DNA from: Nitrosopumilaceae archaeon
GTDB taxonomy: Archaea > Thermoproteota > Nitrososphaeria > Nitrososphaerales > Nitrosopumilaceae
Direction of reading: 5' to 3'
Assembly: GCA_965207375.1 (NCBI GenBank)
Contig: CBDBMG010000001.1
Coordinates: 1-64,000, forward strand
Length of the DNA stretch: 64,000 nucleotides
Under the pieces are notes generated by a model, which worked only from the letters and a program-made list of their open reading frames with translations, was not told the DNA's origin and searched no databases. Position 1 is the stretch's first letter, and every line of letters starts with the position of its first letter. The translations under genes and the position numbers were made by a program. Below, piece after piece: positions 24,956-38,765 of the stretch.

Positions 24956-26520
24956 TCAAGACTCACGATAGTGAGTCGCGAGGCCAAGAAGAAGCAGGCC
25001 GTACGTGACAAACGAGTGAGTTATTTACACGTAGCACCGCTCTGAAATTTGTAAACACTCTAAATAAGGCACCATGATAGCTATCGCTTAGTTATCAAGG
25101 ACTCAGCATGTAAGTACCAGCCATTACGAGTTTTATGGCACCCGATTGTGTGCCCACGCTCGAAAAACCATCCCCTTGGCACCTATTCACTCGTTTACTA
25201 AACAAATAGTACCTTCAATGTATGAAGAATTGTTGACCTGAAGCCATTTGATATCCATGATACGAGTTTTCCGTACGCGCCTTATAAACTCCTTCCTGTC
25301 ATCAAAAATATTTTAGGCGACTGTCGTTTTTTTCCTTCTTTCATTTTCATCACACACTTTTCGTGGGCTTGCGTGATCCCCCGGAATTTATAATTGAAAC
25401 ACTCATTTAGTACATACACTTGTTTGTCTAATAAATCACTCATTTCTGCATGGATTTCAACCAAATTTGTATCAACACTTCTCCTATGTATGCTCTACAA
25501 AACAAACAACTTTCAGCATAAAGCAACAACCTTAATATATTTGAGAGATACTTTTACATTGCATGCTGATAGTTTCCATAACTTGGAACCCCTTATAATG
25601 ATTGGAATAAAATTTCAGATACACAAACTATATTGATATATGAATCTTCAGGATAAGTTTAAAGAAATTATGACACTTCAGTTTGTGAAAATTAGCCTTT
25701 AATGATTACATTCATGCTTATGTACCATGCAAGATAATTATACCAAACAACAACAGGTGAACAGTGGCCACACATTATAAATAGGAGACCACTGTTCTGT
25801 TAGCATACACAAATTTTATTCATATTGTCTTCTCCTGTAGATCAATCAACAGTACTAGTAGAGGATGGCAATGATGTAGCCTTCATTGAAGTTCTCAACT
25901 GTTCTCCACCTACATAGCTAACAATTATAGTAATAACACATACTTTATATGTTCATTAGCTACTTGGGGGAAATACAAGGGAAACACCTAAAGTATTACC
26001 TTGCTCCTCTCTCCTTTAAAAGTTTATTACTCTGCATACTTTATATAAGGTTTCTTGTCAGGACTAGTTTATAATTGTAATCTGTTTACAAAAGGCAGTA
26101 CTAGTGATATGCTAAACAAAAACAGCCTGGCTGTAAAAAGGTGCGAGGCCAATCAGAAGCCACAATGGTTATAAGTGACCAAAAACTCTGATTCAAGTAA
26201 GGCCAAGAAGTTGAACATTTTATTATGAATCCTTTTACTTGAATGACATACAATAATGTACAGGGCATTTTCACAACTATGATTGGCTTTGTCACTTGGC
26301 CACCTTTTTACACTTAATAAGGTGGCCAAGTGACAAAGCCAATCATAGTTGTGAAAATGCCCTGTAAATTATTGTATGTCATTCAAGTAAAAGGATTCAT
26401 AATAAAATGTTCAACTTCTTGGCCTTAGCTACTTGATATCAGAGTTTTTGGTCACTTATAACTATTGTGGCTTCTGATTGGCCTCACACTTTTTTACAGC
26501 CAGACTGTTTTTGTTTAGCA
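24956..26520 (+). mobile_element. Family A element, full length (~1.56 kb), ending in a ~410-bp hairpin (26109-26521)
   Basis: Absent from the duplicate (empty site GGGA|TAACC at 32041); filled site GGGA-TCAAG...TTTAGCA-TAACC; second full copy at 61642-63274. Confidence 0.92.
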
Positions 26521-27274
26521 TAACCTATACTTCATGAATTTTTGATCATATAGCCCTTTCTGTCTCATTCACAAACTAGCTATGGGGAAATACATTATGT
26601 AGTGAATGATGGAGGTTATAAAATATGGATCTAACTAGATATAAAATCTATAAAGTCTGGGGGGTTGAAACCCCCAGGGTACCTGACCATGGCACTGAGG
26701 GATACTAGTTTGCCAGTGAATAAGTCTTGCGATTAGCAGTGCAGCCTCTATTAAAATATCCTTCTTTTCTTTCCACAGTTAAGGGGTTTATCACAAACAC
26801 TACACTATGTATATCCCACTGTAAACCTGTGAGAAGGCTTATATATATAGCTTGTTGACAGGGATGCAGAAAAATCATGTCACGATACTCTTAATCAGTA
26901 TGCACTTTACACATGCAGTCTGCTATACACCAGACTACATATTATGAAGACAGGCCATACTGGAACAAAATTGAACAAAAATTTATTACATTATATAATT
27001 ATGTGATCTGTTAGACTACACCCACTGAGAATAACCTTCAAAGCATAGTGCATGAATGCCTTCCCTATACAATATCTCTGTGGTGCTTAGCCCTATTGAA
27101 GCACATTTAAATGCTGGGCTTCAGTTTATGGCAATATAAATTTTGTTCTACAATGTCTACAGTGAATGGAAAAGAATGACAGTGAACTTGAACATACTAT
27201 GCATCATGTTCATTAATGTCTTGCATAATAAGTAAAATAGACTGTACATGAGCTTGTGCATGATATTTTTATAG

Positions 27275-27350
27275 GCACTGGTGATATGGGGTCAGCAGAC
27301 ACTTGCACCAATCGTTCCAACCTTTCCCCCTCCTCCAACCATGAATGCTG
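27275..27350 (+). CDS. Pro-rich linker exon candidate, duplicate copy 1
   Basis: TTTTTATAG|ALVIWGQQTLAPIVPTFPPPPTMNA G|GTATAG; 3' phase fits the following Ig exon. Confidence 0.45.
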
Positions 27351-28018
27351 GTATAGTCAAAATATTATTATTTCATTATTTAGTTATAAAATTTGTATTT
27401 ATAAACATAGGAACACACTCTGGTAATGACTAATACAAAAATATCCATCAAAAGTATGTAGTTATAGCTAGAATTTAAAAAAATCTTGTGCCAGTGTTAT
27501 TCCATATATCCTACTGCATTTTCCTTGGAATTTTAGGCATGGGGGTTAGGCATGGGAGAGACAAGGTAGGCAAAGGACACTAGAAAAATAAAGAAGAGGC
27601 AATGATAAAAATGACTAGATAGGCATGAGAGTAGCTACATAGCTATATACTTGGAAAATATGTGGGTGAAAGAACAAAAAAGTACAATTAATGTTTACTG
27701 ATTGAAAAGGACCAAAAAGGCTATTTTTAGAAGTAGAATATTGGAAGTCACCAATGATAGGTTATGTATCCTTACTGGTGAGTTAGCATCTACATTGTGT
27801 AATGCATAAAGCTATAGCTACGTAGGTATATACTAACATACTGATGGTACAAGCATAAGATGTAATAGCCGCTTGTGATTAACATATATCATATGCTTAT
27901 GTACCTTCTTTAACTCTCAGACACCTTTAATTACATTATTTTCATCTTTTCAGTTGTTTCACATAGCTAGTTACCATCCCTATTTCCTTAGTGTATAGCT
28001 ATACACAGTAATTTATGC

Positions 28019-28270
28019 ATTTTGCCTTTATTATATAGTGATAAATGAATCCTTGGTTGTGTTTGTTGGAGAACCTGTTGTAGTTGGAGAGGATGTACGA
28101 GTGACTATTAACTGTAGTCAACTGATAGATGAAGCAATAGCTGGTGGAATTCCAAATCCCACTGTAACATGGTTTAGAGATGGAAATGAACTTACACATA
28201 CAACTGTAACAAATGTTGAAATATCTGCTGATATGAGACTTTGTATAATTACTGATACCTTACTGGCTGT
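28019..28270 (+). pseudogene. Truncated duplicate of the Ig1 exon
   Basis: Near-identical to 34845-35075 up to TDTLLAV, then unrelated sequence; lacks the second Ig Cys (YSC) and the donor site. Confidence 0.85.
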
Positions 28271-29029
28271 CATGAGAAGCAGGGATACTGAAGGCTGTGG
28301 CCCAGAAGCTATAGGCTGTGTGTAAAGTACAGAAACAGCACTTGTGTAATGCAAAGGTTTATAGCGTAATATGTATAGCTATAGCTCTGAGATGGTACAG
28401 CCCCCAGACCTCTGCTTCTAATACATGCTAGCTAGCTACTGTGTTTTGGCTCCCTTTCTCAGTAAGTTATCCATAGCTATATACATATAACTAATTAGAT
28501 AAATGTGTCATCTGGAGCAAACTACTGTGACACAACAATATAATTATACAAAATTTTTATTAGAGCTACATAAACTGTTATAGGCATGGTGACTGTTCTA
28601 TTAGAGTATATTGATCTTTTGATCTTTATGCTCAGTGCTCTTAATTACCTATTATATAATCAGCTGGTGTCTAATTATTGGCCAACTCAAGAATACATAC
28701 CTAATATAGGTGGCTAGCCACATACCATATCTGGCCCTGAACCATTAAAAGATTAGTCAGTATGGAGTGTAGGTATGACTACCATGTATCAAAAACTCAA
28801 ATTATATATAGCTAGATATTACTATATACATACATACATAGCTAGACATATAGATCGACAGTAGGCCATTATTACATTATGCTGGAAGTAAATATATTTA
28901 CTGCATGAAAATTTGGCCTTGTTCATGACACAGAAGGTCAATATACTCTAATAGAACAGTCAAGCAATCATCAGATTGTTAAGTGCTAAACAAAAATTTA
29001 AAGTGATGGGTTTATGACAGTGTTTATTT

Positions 29030-29295
<266 letters not shown>

Positions 29296-32200
29296 ATCTA
29301 CAGCTATATATTAACCACTGATCAGTGATGTGATCCATTAACTATAATAATTAGCTAATAGAGGCTGGCCTAGCTATAGTTTTTCAAACTGGTGATGGCC
29401 TCTAATTAACAGCTATAGTATAATATAAGTACCAAGCTGTTGTGCCTTGTAAAACTGCAACTAAAGAATTAAAACTACATGCCAGCCAGCTTATTGAAAG
29501 AGCTACTAACCAAACATGATATATAATTTATACTGACCAAGCTAATTGAATTATTGACCAATTTATTGGCTAATTTATTGTTAGGAACCACATGAAATCT
29601 GATTGGCTAAAAATGTCAGGTCATGCAACTACACATATAACATTAAATTCGGACCACACAACAGGCTGAATGGCTATATGTAGGCTACATAGGAAGTTCA
29701 AATGAACTGATAAAATATCATTAATTGTGTGGCCGGAACAAGAAGTGCAGATTTTTTCAGTTGCAAGTTATTCATGTCCCTAAGTGATAATACATTGGTA
29801 GAGCTCAGGCTTAGCTGCTGACTTTCAACTGAAATGATCATGTACCATTTTGATACGTAAAATTCCGTATTCCATAGTGCATCTGATAGGTTTCACCTCG
29901 CAACTATCGAGTTGATTGCCAGAATTGTGGAGTTGGATCAAGATGGCTCGTCTAGCTATATACTTGTTAACAGCATTGGATTTAGTAAGTTTTTGGTTAT
30001 ATCTAGCGTGATAGTTTTGTAGTACACTAAGTAGCCTGAGGGATATTGCGAGGTAGTTTATTATGGCAGCCGGGGGGTCAGTAACGAGACAAAATCGTCG
30101 ACGTAATTTGAAAGTTGGGTTAGATTTCTTCAAATTTCACAATGAACTTAAATTATTCTATTATAAGCGCGCCTTTGTAATTAACGCCATAACGAAATTT
30201 AAATCCTGCCCTGCAAAAGCCAAGCAGTTTTCCGCATGCCGAATAATTGTGTTTGTGCATTAATACCCTTTGCGTAGTTCTACTGCTGGGAGTGAGGCCG
30301 GGAGTTTACTGTTTAGAGACTCAGATTTTCGAACGGTTATCCCCTCAAGTTACTTGGTTATTGTAGAGCTAGCTAGCCAGCCATTGCACTATACCTAGCA
30401 ATGTGGAACACACAGAGACACTGACACACACATACACAGTTCAAACAGCCGGACTCTTCCTGTGAAAGCCATAGCTATGGCTATAGCTACGGCGCACGTG
30501 CAGTGCATGATGGCCAATCAATAATAGCTATAGGTACAGTAAAGTATCTGTTTGACTCATATCATCTAGGCTACAAAGCCTCACACCTCACCTTGCACAA
30601 AACCTTCATATACTTCATGATTCCGTGCATAATGTAAGCGTAAGTCCCCTGTGCACTCACTCTTGCAAGTCTGACAATCAGCAGCCATCTTGGTAGCTGT
30701 TAAAGCATGTGGTAACTAGCTAGCTATATTCTAGTACACGTGATATATTGCTAACTATGCTTTAGCTAGTAAGTATCTATAGGTATATAGGTATATGTAT
30801 ATAGCTAGCATTATAACATATATAGCTATGTAAAAGATTCATACATGATAAGTAACATGTCACTGAATATAGGTATAGCCTCTGTATAACGGCGTCTGAA
30901 CTGATATCAACCAACTAGCTGTAGCTATATACCTGCTACAGAGCTAGATATAGCTGGAATTTCAGCCTCCTATTAGTCTGCTTTAATTGCTAGGACTTTG
31001 AAAATTATAGCTTTTGGTACTGAGGACCCAAAAATATCTTGTAAGTCTGGCCTGTCCAGCAGTGGTGATTCTGCATGTGGAGAAAAGCAAAAGAAAACCA
31101 TTCAAATATACGCAGCTATTTAACTAATTTAGCTGATAATGGTAACCATATTTGTTAAAGTCTATTACTGGCCTTGATTCATAGACCTTTATTATAATTG
31201 AGATGCATATTTGAAGTCAGATTTCAAATTTCTAATTTCAAGCCAAATTTCAGATTTCAGAAATAAATTTCACAAGGCATTGACAAAACTTCAGGTTGTT
31301 ACTGACCCTTTGGTGGCAGCTAGGCAGCCGGCTATATAGAATCAAGGGGGCGGCGACACAATCAATTCTCTTTTACCATAGGTGATTTTAAGGGGTCTGG
31401 GGTACAGCCCCCCACCCCTGCCCTGTCGAAAATAAGTTGTGAAAAATCTTACAGTATAGCTACAACACTGATGGTAATTGATTAAGCAGTGAGTCTATAG
31501 AGTCTAGCACATCCGAAGTTTCCTGGGACATATAGCTATACTTAATTAAGGAGCAAACTTCACAAAATTTATATTTCTGAGTGAAGTAGTATAACTTCCT
31601 TGGTCCCCTGACAAAAACCTAAGCCTCCTGTATCCTAGTTCTAGAATTATCACTGGTTTTTATACGTATACACCTTAAAATGCTACTAGTTTGATTATAT
31701 CATGTATAAGGGCTCTCTCTGCTTAAAGTGTGTGTCATGTTATACCATCTTGATAACACAGTGCATGGTTAGCCCCCTCACCTGCCACCTCAGTCAAAAA
31801 TACAAAAGGATGGATATGTTGTTAGAACACTAATTCTTGTCCATTTAATTGCATAACAATTTATACTAAAGGGGTAGCTTTGCATTGAATTAAATACACT
31901 CTAAACCTGGTATTTCTGTACTTTACAAAATAGAACATCCCATAGCTTCTGAGGGCTACACCCCATAGCCCCTGCTTTAGAGATCCACTGTACTAGCTGT
32001 GCTTAGCTCCCCTCTCTAGATCTGGCTATGGCTGGGTGGGATAACCTATACCACTCTACTTCATGAATTTTTGATCATATAGCCCTTTCTGTCTCATTCA
32101 CAAACTAGCTATGGGGAAATACATTATGTAGTGAATGATGGAGGTTATAGAATATGGATCTAACTAGATATAAAATCTGTAAAGTCTGGGGGGTTGAAAC

Positions 32201-32804
32201 CCCCAGGGTACCTGACCATGGCACTGAGGGATACTAGTTTCCCAGTGAATAAGTCTTGTGATTAGCAGTGCAGCCTCTATTAAAATATCCTTCTTTTCTT
32301 TCCACAGTTAAGGGGTTTATCACAAACACTACACTATATCCCACGGCTATAAACCTGTAAGAAGGCTTATAATTATGTAGCTTGTTTGACAGGGATGCAG
32401 AAAAAATCATGTCACGATACTCTTAATCAGTATGCACTTCACACATGCAGTCTGCTATACACCAGACTACATATGAAGACAGGCCATACTGGAACAAAAT
32501 TGAACAAAAAATTTATTACATTATATATGTGATCTGTTAGACTACACCCACTGAGAATAACCTTCAAAGCATAGTGCATGAATGCCTTCCCTTTACAATA
32601 CTCTCTGTGGTGCTTAGCCCTATTGAAGCACATTTAAATACTGGGCTTCAGTTTATGGCAATATAAATTTTGTCCTACAATGTCTGCAGTGAATGGAAAA
32701 GAATAACAGTAAACTTGAAAAACATACTATGCACCATGTTCATTAATGTCTTGCATGATAAGTAAAATAGACTGTACATGAGCTTGTGCATGATATTTTT
32801 ATAG

Positions 32805-32880
32805 GCACTGGTGATATGGGGTCAGCAGACATTTGCACCAATCACTTCAACCTTTCCCCCTCCTCCAACCATGAATGCTG
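32805..32880 (+). CDS. Pro-rich linker exon candidate, copy 2
   Basis: ALVIWGQQTFAPITSTFPPPPTMNA G|GT; no upstream phase-0 donor exon was found. Confidence 0.5.
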
Positions 32881-32964
32881 GTATAGTCAAAATATTATTA
32901 TTTCATTATTTAGTTATAAAAATTGTATTTATCAACATAGGAACACACTCTGGCAATGAATAAT

Positions 32965-34052
32965 CATTAAATATGGTAGTACTTAATAGTAGGGATTGGT
33001 AGGAAGTTGTACGGCTTCGGGAAAATTTTACGCTTCAAAAATCAACCTTGCAATAGGCTTTACCTGAAAAAAACGGCTGGAATGCATTGGTAAGGCTGTA
33101 ATGATGGTTAAACGAAACAACAAGTCGAATATTTCGACCTACAGCCAACTTTGAAAATTTCGAAATTCACCTGTATTTCGTCTGCCTGCCTGCCTGCCTG
33201 CCTGCCAGCCAGCCTGCCGTAAGACCGGGTTGCGTCAAGTGTAGGGCTCCAGAAATTTCACACAATAAAGGTAATGGCGGCGAATTTACGAAAATCGTAT
33301 TCCGAAGACGATTTACCCACTGCGCCATGGCAATTCCCTTTATCCTTCATTCCTTTCCTTGTTCTTTATGTATTCTTTAGCAAGGTGCGAATCTCACCGA
33401 AGGTGATGATAGCCTGTGACGGCTTCTGCTTATTGCGTCAGTGGCTTGCACGTGATATAATTAGTTACAGTAGCATGATGTTTTCGCGTGTACTCGCGTG
33501 TACTTTATTACACCGTGAACTTCAAGATTATAGCCTTGGACAAATAGCTTTTGCTGTTTTTCGAGCGTTATTTGCTATCACACAGCTGCTTTGCCATGTA
33601 AGCGCGTTGTTAACAAGCGCCTGTAAACAAGCATAATTATTATGTAAGCGCCTGTAACATTTTGTGCGCCTGCTAAAAGATTATTGAATGCTTAGCATGT
33701 ATAAAAAGTAAACAAACTAGAATGATAAAAATTAAAAATTTAAAAAGTAAGTAGGGATTGAATTTTGGATTTAATAGTGCTACAAAAAGTAAGGAAACAA
33801 GGAATAAGATTTTGGGACGAGAGAACATTCTGGCATGAGATAATTTATAAAAGTTTAATCCCTACTTTGGCAAACCTACTGAAGTGAGCCAAAAGTAGGG
33901 ATTAAACTTTTATAAATTATCTCATGCCAGAATGTTCTCTCGTCCCAAAATCTTATTCCTTGTTTCCTTACTTTTTGTAGCACTATTGAATCCAAAATTC
34001 AATCCCTACTTACTTTTTAAATTTTTAATTTTTATCATTCTAGTTTATATAA
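32965..34052 (+). mobile_element. Family B element (~1.09 kb) with (CTGC)n tract and terminal ~333-bp hairpin (33714-34046)
   Basis: Absent from duplicate copy 1 (empty site at ~27428); subterminal AGTAGGGATT motif; possible 7-bp TSD GAATAAT/GACTAAT; related copy at 61515-63680. Confidence 0.85.
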
Positions 34053-34844
34053 GACTAATACAAAAATGTCCATCAAAAGTATGTAGTTATAGATAGAATT
34101 TAAAAAATCTTGTGCCAGTATTGTTCCATATATCCTACTGCATTTTCCTTGGAATTTTAGGCATGGGGGTTAGGCATGGGAGAGACAAGGTATTTCACTT
34201 GTGTGTAGATGGTAGGTTTTCCAAAATTCAGTCACATTTACTTTTTTGTTCTTTCACCCACATATTTTCCAAGCATATATGTAGCTACTCTCATGCCTAT
34301 CTAGTCATTTTTATCATTGCCTCTTCTTTATTTTTCTACTTTGCCACTTCATAACTCAGACCCACAAGCCAATTAAAAGTATTTCTACAATTATTCTGGT
34401 AATTCAATGTATCCCTAACAGATATATCAGACTGTTTAACCAAAGTCTCATTTCAAGCTTAGTGAAATACTTGTAATTATTTTGTTTGTCTCTTGTGTGT
34501 AGATGGTAGGTTTTCCAAATCCGGTCACAAATATTTACTGATTGAAAAGGACCAAAACGGCTATTTTTAGAAGTAGAATATTGGAAGTCACCAACGACAG
34601 GTTATGTATCCTTACTAGTGAGTTAGCATCTACATTGTGTAATGCATAAAGCTATAGCTATGTAGCATAAGACATAATAGCTGCTTATGATTAACATATA
34701 TCATATGCTTATGTAGCTTCTTTAACTCTCAGACACCTTTAATTACATTATTTTCATCTTTTCAGTTGTTTCACATAGTTACCATCCCTATTTCCTTAGT
34801 GTATATATACATAGTAATTTATGCATGTTGCCTTTATTATATAG

Positions 34845-35177
34845 TGGTAGATGGATCCTTGGTTGTGTTTGTTGGAGAACCTGTTGTAGTTGGAGAGGAT
34901 GTACGAGTGACTATTGACTGTAGTCCACTGATAGATGAAGCAATAGCTGGTGGAATTCCAAATCCCACTGTAACATGGTTTAGAGATGGAAATGAACTTA
35001 CAAATGCAACTGTAACAAATGTTGAAATATCTGCTGATATGAGACTTTGTATAATTACTGATACCTTACTGGCTGTTGGTGATCAACTTGGAAATAAAGG
35101 CAATTACTCCTGTCAAGTTTGTGAGGATCCCATAGATCATAATTGCAGAAATAGAACCACTTGCAGTGTAGTTTGTG
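34845..35177 (+). CDS. Gene 1 Ig domain exon 1
   Basis: VRVTIDC..PNPTVTWFRDG..NKGNYSCQV; phase 1-1 AG/GTAAGT. Confidence 0.88.
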
Positions 35178-35236
35178 GTAAGTAAGATTTTTGTTGTTTT
35201 CCTTGTTATAATGAATTGGGACCTATATTTCTTTAG

Positions 35237-35545
35237 GCTACCCTCATATAGTGCCAGCAACTGGACCACCAACTGTGAATCCATTTTTTATATCACTGAC
35301 ATGTGGACAAGACGTTACTGTTGGAAGTTTAGCAGGAGTAGTTTCTCTTTATATTGGCTGTCAGGCATTCAATGGATCAGAACCTTTGGTTACAGAAATT
35401 TACAAGGATGGTGAACTCATCGGAGGTACAGGTTTTACATTTACAATGCTACCTCCCAGTGATGATGATTTTGGTACATATACTTTTGCACTGTCAACTG
35501 AAAAGTGTGGTACAACTACAGCAGTGTCTAGAATAATTCGTCAAG
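35237..35545 (+). CDS. Gene 1 Ig domain exon 2
   Basis: LYIGCQAFNGSEPLVTEIYKDG..DDDFGTYTFAL (atypical, F-strand Cys absent); phase 1-1. Confidence 0.85.
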
Positions 35546-35980
35546 GTTAGATCTTGATATTTACTTTTTATAAAATGGTAGTTACAGGGTAACTATATAC
35601 CATGGTTAATTACAAGTGTTACTATACAGCTATAAGCTATTATAATATATACACAACTAATGATAGGGAAATATGATGAAAAGTCCAAAGTGTTAACTTG
35701 CTACTCCCCTTCATATTTAAGCTGTTAATGACACTTCAATTACTCTACATGGTTTCTTGTCAGCACTTGCTTATAATTAACACTTAAAAGTAGCAGTGAT
35801 ACAGTGGTGGCTGAAGGGTGGTTGAGAGGCTCCCGACTTTATAAAATTCATGGGCAGAGCCCCTTCAAAACTAATGAATTGTGATGTAGTACAACATTTA
35901 CTACCCTAATAGAACAGTCGATAAGAACACATCAAGAATCCTATTTGCTTCCACTGCATCTGTGATATGCTTAACAATAA

Positions 35981-36350
35981 TAGCCTGGCTGAAAAAGTGT
36001 GAGGCCAATCAGAAGGAGCATTATCAAATGGTTATAGGTAACCAAAAACTTTGATATCAAGTAGCTATGGCCAAGAAAGTAAAATTAATCCTAAACAAAA
36101 ACAGCCTGGCTGTAAAAAAAGTGCAAGGCGGCATTGTATCAAGTGACAACCAACCAAAGACTTTGATATCAAGTACAGCCAAGAAGGTAAAACTTTTTGT
36201 TAAAAATCCTTTCACTTGAATGATATAGCTACAATAGTTTGTAGGACATTTTCACAACTATGCACTTGACCACCTTTATAAATAATGGATGGTACAAAAA
36301 GGTGGCCAAGTGACAAAACCAATGATAGTTGCGAAAATGTCCTGTAAACT
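35981..36350. mobile_element. Solo, partly duplicated family A hairpin
   Basis: Two tandem left-arm starts (35981, 36091), loop and partial right arm GGTGGCCAAGTGACAAAACCAAT. Confidence 0.75.
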
Positions 36351-37880
36351 AGTATATTTACCCTGTAAAGCAATGAAGAGTCATAAAAGAGCCTGTGGGG
36401 TCACTGAAGGGCATTATTAATGTGGCATGGGGTGCCAAGCAGCTCCCTATGTCCACCTCAGCTTGTGCTATGGTCTGGGTCCACTATGATCAACTACTAA
36501 ACATATCATGCAGCTTGGCTGCCTCTGTCTACTGGCAGTTATAACCAACCCACCATCACCCTCTCCACCCCCTTCCCACCTGTTCTCCCCTTATATGCAA
36601 CGTTCATGATATTCCGGAAGCCTCTCAAAAATCAATGATTTCAACTAGCTGCCAACTTTGTTCATATAATGCTACGTAGGTATGTATAAAACTAGTCTGC
36701 TTTGTTGCAAATCTAGAGTGATTATATACAATTAAGCATACAGTGTCTTGAATAATTAAAATTGGTATTTGTGACAATATAGCCAGTTTTCAGGCACAAA
36801 CAGTACAAGATTAACTGTGATGCATAGCCACACTGAACTCACCATATCATGAAGCAGCTACAGTAAAACTCAACTAAACTGCTACTGTTCTGGGCTTTGT
36901 ATTGTTAATTTACTGGATTGTAAGTCAGTGTGAAAATAGTCTGCATTAGCTATACATCACTGATCCTTTAAATAGCTCTCCTGTGTGTTAGCACATTACA
37001 GTATAACCGATTTTCCAACATACAAACTATATTCTGTATAAGCAACAATGCAGTCAAATGATTGGTGTGCTATAGTTAGCATTTATCCTAAGGTGATCAT
37101 GAGAGTGGCTGATAGCCATTAATGTGATATACATGGATAGTCACTTTACTGAATTTTTTGAAAGTTTGTTCATATATAGAATAGTTGCATAAATGGCTAA
37201 TTAATTACTTCCGTGTAGCAAAATTGCATGCTTTGTTATATGAGTATTTCATCAGTAGAAGTTTTGTTACAATGCCTCTAAACATTGCTATGTTAGCAGG
37301 AGGCAAGGAGGAAGGTACGTATAGTAGAAACATGTAGCTAGAGTGGATAGATTTCATTTTCACAGTCAGCGAATTATTGCTAAGTATTAGCAGGTTTTGT
37401 GTTGGCAGCAAAATCCTTTTCCCTTGAATAGAGTGAGTGACATTAAGAGAATGCTAAGATGATGGTATTGGGCAGTAGCTACATACTTAACATTTCATTG
37501 GCAAAGCTATGTATGTTACAGCTTTGTTTAGAGAACGTGACCTTTGATGATTTAAGTAGAGCACTTGTTCTTGTTGGATACAGTAGAACCACTCTGAATT
37601 TAAGTGTCTTTTGCCATAGTATTTCCCAACCACCTTCCTGTTATTTTTAAAAAATCAGTACCGAATTTATGTCAAAAGAATAATTATAGCTAACAGACAG
37701 CTGAACTACAGCAAAAATTGAAATCATGCCACTCTTTTTATTTGCCACACGCAAGTTGTTTTACATCATGTTTGTGACGTGTTTGCAACCACTCTGTACA
37801 AGAAGCAATTTGACGATTTGTCTGTCTGACTTATTTAATTACTCTTGTTTTGTTTTTAATTAATTAATTAATTTTATTAG

Positions 37881-38195
37881 GTGTTCCACCAGACATTAAT
37901 GAGGGGCCATTTATACCACAGCCACCTACTGTTATGCCTGGAGACATGACAGTTACAATAGGAACTCCTACATATATAGTTGATGGATTTGAAGTTACCC
38001 TTGTCTGTAACATTGCTAGTGGGACACGCCCAATTACCATTATGTGGATTCGTAATGGAGCATCTTACCCAGCTGGAGGAAATCAATCTATTATTACAGT
38101 ACCTGATACTGATTATAATGATGGCGATGTCTTCACTTGTAGAGCTGATAATATTATAGGGTTTGACATGGAGAGTACTACTATAAATGTGTTTG
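37881..38195 (+). CDS. Gene 1 Ig domain exon 3
   Basis: VTLVCNIASGTRPITIMWIRNG..DGDVFTCRADNIIG; phase 1-1. Confidence 0.9.
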
Positions 38196-38765
38196 GTAAG
38201 TGAAATTTCCATATTTTCATTCATACGTAGTAACATACAATTAATATACAAGTCAGTCTCATTGCATAATTTCATTTCAATGATATAAGAAGTGAAATAT
38301 TGACAACTTTACTGAAATCTGTGTTATCAAGTGGTAATGAGTTACACAGCCAAGTAGCTAATTAATTCATGCATAGTCATAAAGCATGCCACCACCACAA
38401 TGAGTATTACAAGCATGTAATAAAACACCAAACTGAATTGTTACTAAACCTTTTAGCTAAATACTGGGCTCCATAAAACCACTTACCAGTAATCTTCACT
38501 ATGTCTTCCAACCTAGGATGTTAATCCTTTTCTAGCTTCTACTTATATGGATTCTATAGGACATTCTAAGTCTAGACCTGTCACTGGTTTTTACAAAAGT
38601 TTCTTGACATAAATAGTATCATGCACTTATGATATAGTTTGGTCATTCTCTAAATCAATTTTGTGGGTTCAGACTGAACCATCGCTATAATATTATATGG
38701 CTCATGTATCCTTGACTAATTAAGGTGTGAGTTTTATATTTTACATTAGCTAATAGCATTGAACT

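Larger units (their letters stand above)
21823..28270 (+). repeat. Segmental duplication, copy 1 (partner 29310-35075)
   Basis: Long near-identical blocks: 21830-22700/29315-30180, 24366-24955/31460-32041, 26521-27430/32042-32958, 27694-28270/34535-35075. Confidence 0.95.
29310..35075 (+). repeat. Segmental duplication, copy 2
   Basis: See copy 1. Has private sequence at ~30273-31458 and 32965-34052. Confidence 0.95.

Noticed and set aside
26554-26615. Possible missing exon (LSVSFTN..YVVNDG) linking exon 2 to the linker exon
   Set aside because: It needs removal of 4 nt in both duplicates, and its phase still would not supply the phase-0 donor.
33274-33636. 120-aa ORF within family B
   Set aside because: No recognisable domain and no matching ORF in the related minus-strand copy.
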